From a virus, in IMG/VR virus record IMGVR_UViG_3300000062_000006, positions 182 to 64,181 of that record: DNA of 64,000 nucleotides; one strand, 5' to 3'. The notes below the pieces were generated by a model that was given only the letters and a program-made list of their open reading frames with translations, did not search any database and was not told the DNA's origin. The first letter of the stretch is position 1; the number at the start of each line of letters is the position of its first letter. Positions 56,524 through 64,000 of this stretch are shown here, one piece after another. Both the position numbers and the translations under genes were made by a program.

Positions 56524-59472
56524 ATGAATATATTAGCACCGAATGGGGACATACTATTTAAGGGGACTAACAATAATGGCGAATCTCTATACACCGACGA
56601 TTCGGTAAGAGACAAGTCGTTGATGGGGACAAATACCCTTAATCTGAAATTTTCGACAATTGATGCCATCGATTTCCCTATTGGGTGCTATGCTTTTTTC
56701 TCACGAGACAATACTAATACAGGCGAGTATTACTACTTGCTTGACACGGAGAAGATAGTTAAGAACAGCACGCGTAATCACGAATATGAAATAACCTTTG
56801 AATCTCAATCGGCACTATTAAAGACGCGCATATTCAAGTTCTTCACAATACGAAACGACGGACAAACTACTCCTGCCCGTGATTCAATGTACGAAACTAA
56901 ATCTTGGTTTGCTGGTACGCCACGAGAGTTCTTGCAGCTTATTGTAATGTCAATGAATGATGGTGATGCAGGTTGGGAGATTGGCGAATGTCTTGAAGGA
57001 ATGACAAAAACACTCGAATTTAACAATGTGAATTGTGCTGAGTTCCTGCAACAATTAGCCGATGCATACAATACAGAGTGGGAAGTCACAGGAAAGATTA
57101 TTTCGCTTCGTAAGGTTGAGAAGATGAAAGATTCGCCTATGGTGTTGTCATATGGTAAAGACAAAGGGTTTAAGCCGGGTATAGTCAAAGATAAAGGCAA
57201 AAGCCGTTCTATCAATCGTTTGTTAATGCAAGGTGGTGATAGAAATATCGTTTTCTCTCGATATGGCCACAGAACCCTTTTGCTGCCAAAGGACAGAACA
57301 ATTGTTTATGAAGGCGTAACATACAAGACCGACCAATATGGTAAATTCCTTCAGCGTGCGGACATGAGCGAATCAGTCCGCATCATTGAAGATGTACTTG
57401 ATTTGTCTGAACTCTACCCTATGCGAGAAGGGGAAATTACTGATGTCGTTGTCAATGAAACAGAGGGTATATATACAATCACAGATAGTTCGCTTGTTAC
57501 TGAGGGCTTGAATTATACTGAATGCTTTATAGAGGGAGTAACCCCTACCCTTGCGCTCCACAGTGGAGATGTTACAGGGCGTGAGTTTAACATTGAGCAT
57601 TTTGACGCTTCAACTGGGACATTTACTATTGCTCCACATACGGATGGTGGTATGTTACTGCCAAATGATATTCTAAAGCCACGAATTGGCAACAAATATG
57701 CGGTGTTTAACATTGCCATACCAGCCAAGTACATTGCAGATGCAGAGAATAACGCTTTGAATGAGAGCGTGGCATATCTACACGAAGAAAGCAAAAATAA
57801 GTTTACTGTAACCGGTGAGGTGCAAGGATTATATGCTAAGAGGCATTGGGCGGAGATTGGCAACAAATTAGACATAGGCTACTTTGTTCAGTTTGATGAG
57901 CCAAGTTTACTACCAACACCTGAGAATGTACGCATAACACGCATTACAGAGTCGGTAAACAAGCCGATGATGCCTGAATTGGAGTTGACAAATGAGATAA
58001 AGGTAAACAGTTGGAGTAATATTAAAAACGACATAAACAAGCAAGAAGTAGTCGCTGACAAAAAGGTCAATGATGTTGGAGGCTATGGTCGACGTTCTAT
58101 TTGGGATGTAAGAGAAACTCAAAAGATGATGATTGACCCAGACGGACAATTTCAAACAGAGCTTACATCATCGTTATTGGCTGAATTTGGTCATTTAGTT
58201 ATTGGCCTTAACTCGGCACAGATGGACTTTACAGGTGTACGCTTCCAACCAAACTATGATAACAACCCTAACAATTTCCGCAATACAGCAGGTAAGTTAA
58301 TTCACTTCACCATAAACGGTGACGAGACTACGCGAGAGTGGGATATTACAGCAAGCAACTATACATTAAATAGTAGCTATGCTTATTATGTCTATGCAAG
58401 ATGTGCGAGAGTAGGAACAAGCGGGACAATCCTTGTCACCACAGAGCAAATCACGGTATCGCAGGTTAATGGCTTTTATCACTTCCTCGTCGGCATATTA
58501 AATATGCCACGAACTGACAGCGGCATTACGACCCGCTCATGGAAGCCTGTATTTGGTTTTACTGAAATATCTGGTAGCGACATTGTTACAGGTGTTATTC
58601 GTGATAGATTATCTCGTCTGGTTATAGACCTTGTGAATGGTGAAATTTTCGGGAAAGTGACATTTAGAAGTGGCTCATCTGGTTATAACAACATATCAGA
58701 CAGACCCGATTTAGATGGATGGTCAAGTAGCATACTAAATAATGCGAATAATAACGCAAACTCCTACATGACCACTGCGAGGAATGATTTAGCTGCCAGA
58801 CTAGGTTATAATAACTACAACAATATGGTTGCAGCAACACAAGGGGGTAATACAATTATCAGTGGAGGTCTTATAAAAACGGATTTAATTGATGCTAAAG
58901 CTGTTGTCACAGAAGAGCTCGTTGCAAGTCGGATAACGTCAGAAACGATTGAGTCCAAGTTTGTGAAAACAGATCGGTTAGAAGTTTCTAATGGGGCAAA
59001 AATCGGAGATTTTAAAATTGAAGGCGGTCGCATAGAGTCTACGTTGCTGCCAATGACTATAGACCCATCTGCATCGCTTGTTTTTAAAGACTCAAATAGC
59101 AGGTTTACTAGCATCGGTCGAGAGGTCTTTCCTGCATCATCAGGTGGCAGTGCTCAATTAGCAATAGCAAATTCAACAGTAAATGGCAGCAGACAGTCTG
59201 TTACCCTTGTTTATCTTGGCATTGGGCGTTCGGGGTATGATAATCGTCCTCAAACATGGCTGCAGTGTATTCATCATCAAGGTGTTGGTTGGGGTTCAAA
59301 ATTTATTGTTGATTCCAGATATTTAGGCGATTCAGGTGGAATGGAGAGAACTTGCATTAATGTAGGTGCGATGTTGCCAGCAAATAGAGTTCAAAGCATT
59401 GCAGGTACGTCAAGCATGAACAAGTATACTGTAAAATATGACGATGTAAGTGGATATTTATTTATTGAATAA
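56524..59472 (+). CDS. Tail hub/central spike protein
   Basis: 983 aa; LSYGKDKG...INRLLMQGGDRN is typical of tail-associated hub proteins. Confidence 0.75.
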   Translation: MNILAPNGDILFKGTNNNGESLYTDDSVRDKSLMGTNTLNLKFSTIDAIDFPIGCYAFFSRDNTNTGEYYYLLDTEKIVKNSTRNHEYEITFESQSALLKTRIFKFFTIRNDGQTTPARDSMYETKSWFAGTPREFLQLIVMSMNDGDAGWEIGECLEGMTKTLEFNNVNCAEFLQQLADAYNTEWEVTGKIISLRKVEKMKDSPMVLSYGKDKGFKPGIVKDKGKSRSINRLLMQGGDRNIVFSRYGHRTLLLPKDRTIVYEGVTYKTDQYGKFLQRADMSESVRIIEDVLDLSELYPMREGEITDVVVNETEGIYTITDSSLVTEGLNYTECFIEGVTPTLALHSGDVTGREFNIEHFDASTGTFTIAPHTDGGMLLPNDILKPRIGNKYAVFNIAIPAKYIADAENNALNESVAYLHEESKNKFTVTGEVQGLYAKRHWAEIGNKLDIGYFVQFDEPSLLPTPENVRITRITESVNKPMMPELELTNEIKVNSWSNIKNDINKQEVVADKKVNDVGGYGRRSIWDVRETQKMMIDPDGQFQTELTSSLLAEFGHLVIGLNSAQMDFTGVRFQPNYDNNPNNFRNTAGKLIHFTINGDETTREWDITASNYTLNSSYAYYVYARCARVGTSGTILVTTEQITVSQVNGFYHFLVGILNMPRTDSGITTRSWKPVFGFTEISGSDIVTGVIRDRLSRLVIDLVNGEIFGKVTFRSGSSGYNNISDRPDLDGWSSSILNNANNNANSYMTTARNDLAARLGYNNYNNMVAATQGGNTIISGGLIKTDLIDAKAVVTEELVASRITSETIESKFVKTDRLEVSNGAKIGDFKIEGGRIESTLLPMTIDPSASLVFKDSNSRFTSIGREVFPASSGGSAQLAIANSTVNGSRQSVTLVYLGIGRSGYDNRPQTWLQCIHHQGVGWGSKFIVDSRYLGDSGGMERTCINVGAMLPANRVQSIAGTSSMNKYTVKYDDVSGYLFIE

Positions 59473-59484
59473 AATACAGCAAAG

Positions 59485-59892
59485 ATGAAATTAACATTAA
59501 AAGACAGAGTATTATTACTCAACACTGTGCTGCCAAAATATGACAGTAGAGAGGGTTTGAAATTGAGTTTAACAATTACAACATTGCTTAAAGCAACAAC
59601 AGAAGAAAATGAGCAAATCGTTATTAATTCTCTTGGCAACGGGCAGGTTGAAGTCGCTTTTAAAACCGTAGATGCCATTACAGAAGAAAAGGAGTTTGTT
59701 CTTTCAGATGATATGCTCCTGTATTTGAAGCAAAGAGTAAACTTTTTGGATAGACAAGGAATGTTTTCAAGTGATACAATCGAAACTTACGATAAGATTT
59801 TAGATACGCCCTTCACTTCTGAAGAATATACAAACAAATGGAAGACGTATATAGGAGAAGCTATTGATGACAACATTGGAAAGTCTGAATAA
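59485..59892 (+). CDS. Hypothetical tail-region protein
   Basis: MKLTLKDRVLLLNTVLP; 135 aa. Confidence 0.65.
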   Translation: MKLTLKDRVLLLNTVLPKYDSREGLKLSLTITTLLKATTEENEQIVINSLGNGQVEVAFKTVDAITEEKEFVLSDDMLLYLKQRVNFLDRQGMFSSDTIETYDKILDTPFTSEEYTNKWKTYIGEAIDDNIGKSE

Positions 59893-59932
59893 TATCTTTT
59901 TCATATAAGACGGAAAAGACAAAACCTTAACA

Positions 59933-60859
59933 ATGAAAATAGACGGTATCGACATATCAAAATACGAGGCGGTTATGGAGCGTGGCGGTGTCGCTGCCCT
60001 CCTCGCCTATCCGTCTTTAGTCGAACCGGAAACACAAGAATGGGCGGAGCATGATGGTCTTGAAGTTGACTTGGATAATCCCAAGTTGCAAAGCCGAGAA
60101 ATAGACCTGCCTTTTACAGCCAATTCGTTAGAACACATGGGCGCACTTCTGGCAGACCTATCTAAAACGGGATATAGAAATATAAGAAGTTCTGTTTTGA
60201 GCGAATCGTGGCGGCTTAGATATATTAGTCAGGGTAGCATTACATCATTAGTAGATGGAGCGAGGTCTTTTGTTCGGTTTGCTGATGATATGCCAAGAAC
60301 GTTATTTTCTAATAGACTGCCACATTTAGGCTATGGACAACCCGTTCCACCTTTGCCTAATAAGTACTTCATGGATGGCATAAGTTTTAGCGATTATGGG
60401 CTTATTGTTTTGGGTGCAAAAGATTCCATATACAGAGCACCAGATATGAGAGAGTCGCTAAAGATAACCAACAAGGTTATGGATGGTGCTATATATGACT
60501 CCGAGCTTGCTCAATTTAAGGGGAAGGATGTTGTATTTAAGCTGTCTTTTTACTGCGATACAACTGAGCGTCTTTTGAATAATCACAGGGCATTCTTTTA
60601 TGATTTGATACAGTCAAATGAAAGAATATTAACTACGGACTATCTTACTGAAGACTTAAAGTTCTACTACAAAAGTGCATCTAATTTTGTGTTTACCAAG
60701 ACCACCCTGTATACACTTTTGGAGTTTGACCTAACCCTTGTATTTACCAATTACAGACCATCTGAAATAGATATACTCTTAGCAACAGAGATTTGGGACT
60801 TAGTCGTTTCGGAAGATGGCATAACATTTATAGATGTAGCACACTATGGCAACCAATAA
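59933..60859 (+). CDS. Distal tail (Dit)-like protein
   Basis: Two internally similar halves (KIDGIDI / FMDGISF). Confidence 0.55.
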   Translation: MKIDGIDISKYEAVMERGGVAALLAYPSLVEPETQEWAEHDGLEVDLDNPKLQSREIDLPFTANSLEHMGALLADLSKTGYRNIRSSVLSESWRLRYISQGSITSLVDGARSFVRFADDMPRTLFSNRLPHLGYGQPVPPLPNKYFMDGISFSDYGLIVLGAKDSIYRAPDMRESLKITNKVMDGAIYDSELAQFKGKDVVFKLSFYCDTTERLLNNHRAFFYDLIQSNERILTTDYLTEDLKFYYKSASNFVFTKTTLYTLLEFDLTLVFTNYRPSEIDILLATEIWDLVVSEDGITFIDVAHYGNQ

Positions 60860-61613
60860 GAAGAGAGTATCAGATATGCCAATTGTACCAGAATCTCAAT
60901 TTAACCAATTTGAGGTTTTCGGTGTGAATAGGGCAACAGGTGATAATGGTCGGGCAACAATGTCACAACTCAAAGGCAATACAGCTTTTAAGGAGTGGCA
61001 GATGCTTAACCCTGGTAAGACTTATGACGATTGGATTCTTTTATTGCAAGAGCCAGCTGCAACGGTTGTGAATGATGCAAACGAAAAAATGCAAGAGTTC
61101 GCAGAAGCCGAAGCTGAACGTTCAAATGCTGAAAATATTCGTAAGGCTAACGAAGATACCCGAAAGAGCAATGAAACTACTCGGGAATCAAAGGAAAGCA
61201 CAAGACAGGCGAATGAGGATACCCGTATAAGCAACGAAGATACACGCCTTGTTGACGAGCAGCTACGTAATAGTGCGGAAAATACACGTGCATCGAACGA
61301 GGATACACGACTTACACAGGAAGAAGCGCGTGAGAAAGCCACAATACAAGCACTTGTTGATGCAGAGGAAGCGACCAACAGACTCAACAATTTATCCGAC
61401 AACCGAGATAAGATAGTAGACGGCTTTTGGTGGCGATATGACGAGGAAGCAGGCAAGTTCTACAACACAGGCGAGCGTGCTAATGGAGATGTGTTACTCC
61501 CTACTTTTCACGTAGACGCCGACGGTGATTTAATAATGACTAAGCCGGAGCAACTAACAGAGCTTGATTTTGAGGTAAATGGTAAAGATTTAATAATGAA
61601 AATAAATATATGA
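60846..61613 (+). CDS. Coiled-coil baseplate/fibre protein
   Basis: Heptad R-x-x-N-E-x-T repeats. Confidence 0.6.
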   Translation: MATNKKRVSDMPIVPESQFNQFEVFGVNRATGDNGRATMSQLKGNTAFKEWQMLNPGKTYDDWILLLQEPAATVVNDANEKMQEFAEAEAERSNAENIRKANEDTRKSNETTRESKESTRQANEDTRISNEDTRLVDEQLRNSAENTRASNEDTRLTQEEAREKATIQALVDAEEATNRLNNLSDNRDKIVDGFWWRYDEEAGKFYNTGERANGDVLLPTFHVDADGDLIMTKPEQLTELDFEVNGKDLIMKINI

Positions 61614-61617
61614 TATT

Positions 61618-62271
61618 ATGGCAGAGAGAGAAATCAACTTAGGAAGGGTTGTTGGTAGCGATGGTAAGTCTGCATATCAAACTTGGCTTGATGAAGGGAA
61701 TGTAGGGGATGAATCGGCTTTCTTGGAGTCGCTTAGAGGCGAGCAAGGAATCCAGGGCATACAAGGAGAGCAGGGTGTTCAAGGAGAGAAAGGCGACGGC
61801 CTTGACTACTCTACAATGACCCCTGAAGAAATTGCAAATGTCACAGGGAAATCGGCATACGAAGTGGCAGTCGATAGCGGATTTGTAGGTACAGAATCGG
61901 AATGGCTGGCTTCATTAAAGGGTGAGAAAGGCGAACAAGGAGTCCTAGGGATTCAAGGAGAGAAGGGAGAACAAGGTGTTCAGGGGGAAAAAGGGGATAC
62001 TGGCGAAACAAATTTAGATGTCTTTGAGATTGTGGTAAATCAATCCTTGTGGGAAGAAGATTCTGCTTTGAGTGTTTATTCTTGCAAAGTGCTTGATACT
62101 CGTTTTGTTGATGATTCTGTGATAATCTTTTCCCCAAAATCATTTGTAGACAGGAGCGCAATGGAGGCTTGTGGATTCTTTGATTTTGCAGAAGCAGAAC
62201 CAGGAGAATTTACCCTGCACTCGAAAGAGCTTCCTCCACTTTTGAATTTCATAGTAACAGTTATAAACTAA
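61618..62271 (+). CDS. Collagen-like tail fibre protein
   Basis: G-x-y triplets; GKSAYQ/GKSAYE repeats. Confidence 0.8.
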   Translation: MAEREINLGRVVGSDGKSAYQTWLDEGNVGDESAFLESLRGEQGIQGIQGEQGVQGEKGDGLDYSTMTPEEIANVTGKSAYEVAVDSGFVGTESEWLASLKGEKGEQGVLGIQGEKGEQGVQGEKGDTGETNLDVFEIVVNQSLWEEDSALSVYSCKVLDTRFVDDSVIIFSPKSFVDRSAMEACGFFDFAEAEPGEFTLHSKELPPLLNFIVTVIN

Positions 62272-62276
62272 TAGTT

Positions 62277-62960
62277 ATGATACAAGGTCTTATTGATTTT
62301 ACCGTCCCTCTTTCTTTAGCCCCAATTCAATATATTTCTGAAGGGTTGGCTTTACACTACGACGCATTGAACAATACCGGCTCTGGATATGACCCTGACG
62401 CAACTATATGGAAGGATTTAGCAGGCAACAATGATGGCGTTTTACAGAATGCCGTTTGGACGGAAAAGTCATTACAGTTCAATGGCAATGCAAGGGTTAT
62501 GTTTGCTGGAACTATAACACCTGCATATACTATAATGTCTGTGTTTAAAAGATATGATTCATTAGGTGCACATCCAAGATTGAATGCAGAGATTCCATAT
62601 CCGTCTTTTTACCTCAATAGCAACAATGCTTATGCTTATGCATTTTATGGACAAGGCAAAGACACCTTCTTCGTTCCTAGAAAGATAATGCCAACTAACG
62701 AGTATGTTCATGTCGCTTTTCGATTTAGCAGTGTGATAGGCAGCCCTGTCGAGTTCTTTGAGAATGGCACACTTGTGGGTAGCATATCCAATGTAACCCA
62801 ATTACCCACATCTGTGGCGACCGCTTTTTTAGGAGGGCGTTCAGATAGTGTTAGATTCTTAAATGGAGAGATATGCAACTTTATGAGATATTCTCGGAGT
62901 TTATCCGACGAAGAGGTACATCAAAATTACTTAGTTGATAGTTTGAAATATTTAAATTAA
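62277..62960 (+). CDS. LamG/concanavalin-like domain tail protein
   Basis: EGLALHYDA, WKDLAGNN, LNGEICNFMRYSRSLSDEEVHQNY. Confidence 0.75.
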   Translation: MIQGLIDFTVPLSLAPIQYISEGLALHYDALNNTGSGYDPDATIWKDLAGNNDGVLQNAVWTEKSLQFNGNARVMFAGTITPAYTIMSVFKRYDSLGAHPRLNAEIPYPSFYLNSNNAYAYAFYGQGKDTFFVPRKIMPTNEYVHVAFRFSSVIGSPVEFFENGTLVGSISNVTQLPTSVATAFLGGRSDSVRFLNGEICNFMRYSRSLSDEEVHQNYLVDSLKYLN

Positions 62961-62967
62961 AGATAAC

Positions 62968-63636
62968 ATGATACAAGCAAAAATAGCAGGTATTTCCAAC
63001 GTGGCATCAGCCTCAGATATAATCTTAGGGAAAGTCGACCAAAAAATAACCAGCCACAATACATCAGGCACAGCGCATAATGACATCAGAACAGCAGTAC
63101 AGGCATTGCAGAATGCAGGCTTCCAAAGCGAAGCACAAGTAAAAGCGTTGATTGCAGCACTCGTGGATAGCTCGCCCGAATCACTCGATACGTTAAAAGA
63201 ACTTGCCGCTGCTTTGAATAACGACCCAAATTTCGCAACAACAATGATTAATGCGCTTTCGGAAAAAGTCGACAAAGCAGCGGGCAAAGGCTTATCTGCA
63301 AATGATTTTACGAATGAAGATAAGGCAGATTTAGAGTTCTATCGTGGCACTCAAACGAGAACGTCAATATCCTCTATTCCAGTAACGGTTGCGATGACAT
63401 TTGCTACAATTTCGTCAAATCAGACGTTTTCGCTATCAGGCACATTAGTACCCGGTCGAATATATACCACTCGTGTAAAAGCAAGTGGCGCACAACGTAC
63501 TGTCGCCATTCCAACTACAGGTGTTTATGTGACAAATGATGTTTCTTCCATCGCTATTCCAAATGGCAAAGAAGCAGAAATCAGTGTTCTGTGCGTATCG
63601 ACAAGCGAGTATTCTTTACGTGTTATTGAACCTTAA
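62968..63636 (+). CDS. Tail fibre protein
   Basis: LVDSSPESLDTLKELAAALNNDPNFATT and GKGLSANDFT fibre motifs. Confidence 0.85.
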   Translation: MIQAKIAGISNVASASDIILGKVDQKITSHNTSGTAHNDIRTAVQALQNAGFQSEAQVKALIAALVDSSPESLDTLKELAAALNNDPNFATTMINALSEKVDKAAGKGLSANDFTNEDKADLEFYRGTQTRTSISSIPVTVAMTFATISSNQTFSLSGTLVPGRIYTTRVKASGAQRTVAIPTTGVYVTNDVSSIAIPNGKEAEISVLCVSTSEYSLRVIEP

Positions 63637-63649
63637 TCATTATTGAGCA

Positions 63650-64000
63650 ATGGAGAAATCGGCAAGACGTAGGCAATATTGTAAAGGAAAGAAGCAGCTA
63701 TTTACTCAGCGATTCCCCTCTGCAGGCAACTATCGGTTTATTGTGCCATCAGGATGCGAGGAAATAGACGTATTTCTTGTTGGTGCTGGTGGTGGTGCTG
63801 GCGGCACTACTAACCCCGCTTGGGGATGGGATGGCGGTGGTGGTGGCGGTTATACTATGACGTATAGAGGACGTGGGTATGTAAAGCCTGCAAGTGGTAC
63901 TTGGATGGGTACAGCAACCGAAGGTCGCGATGGCAATGCTCTTGCTGTAACACCTGGTCAAACAATAACTGCCAAAGTTGGTGCAGGTCAGCCGAATGCG
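63650..64000 (+). CDS. Glycine-rich tail-associated protein (3' end outside window)
   Basis: ATG at 63650, open to the window end: ...EIDVFLVGAGGGAGG...GGGGGGYT...VTPGQTITAKVGAG. Confidence 0.7.
   Translation, partial: MEKSARRRQYCKGKKQLFTQRFPSAGNYRFIVPSGCEEIDVFLVGAGGGAGGTTNPAWGWDGGGGGGYTMTYRGRGYVKPASGTWMGTATEGRDGNALAVTPGQTITAKVGAGQPNA

Larger units (their letters stand above)
1..64000. mobile_element. Temperate Bacteroidota siphophage, circularly permuted
   Basis: Integrase, repressor, antirepressor, replication, packaging, head, tail and lysis modules present; no host genes; TAnnTTTG promoters and Bacteroidota-type protein families. Confidence 0.9.

Noticed and set aside
60846-62271. Periodic DNA in the coiled-coil and collagen-like genes as repeat arrays or DGR targets
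   Set aside because: Explained by protein heptad and G-x-y repeats; no match to the TR.
56524-64000. A fourth DGR variable repeat in tail/fibre genes
   Set aside because: No SPSSF...AGSGSRL-like segment in the visible tail proteins; the part of the genome outside the window cannot be excluded.

Overview
Nearly complete, circularly permuted genome of a temperate, long-tailed (siphovirus-like) phage of a Bacteroidota host. No host housekeeping genes are visible, and both window edges fall inside tail-type genes. Order: end of tail module and lysis (1-2.7 kb); a long leftward replication/recombination/early region (2.9-24.1 kb); immunity region with defence-type morons, integrase and probable attP (24.3-33.4 kb); a skewed TerS-like region and RusA block (34.8-40.5 kb); portal and TerL on the minus strand; head, tail and tape-measure genes on the plus strand (44.6-64 kb). 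Two RNA-templated systems sit side by side in the early region. (1) A diversity-generating retroelement: one 75-bp template repeat and three tandem non-tail target genes, with every TR/VR mismatch at a TR adenine. (2) The most novel item: a 372-aa TnpB/Cas12f-like protein lacking all three RuvC catalytic positions, flanked upstream by a 5-repeat/4-spacer CRISPR mini-array and downstream by a lone degenerate repeat, a 32-nt spacer-sized segment and a tRNA-like element. A 47-48 nt structured element with compensatory base changes precedes both the array and the lone repeat and may be a tracr/scaffold RNA. Protein family calls come from motif recognition by eye, not database searches.
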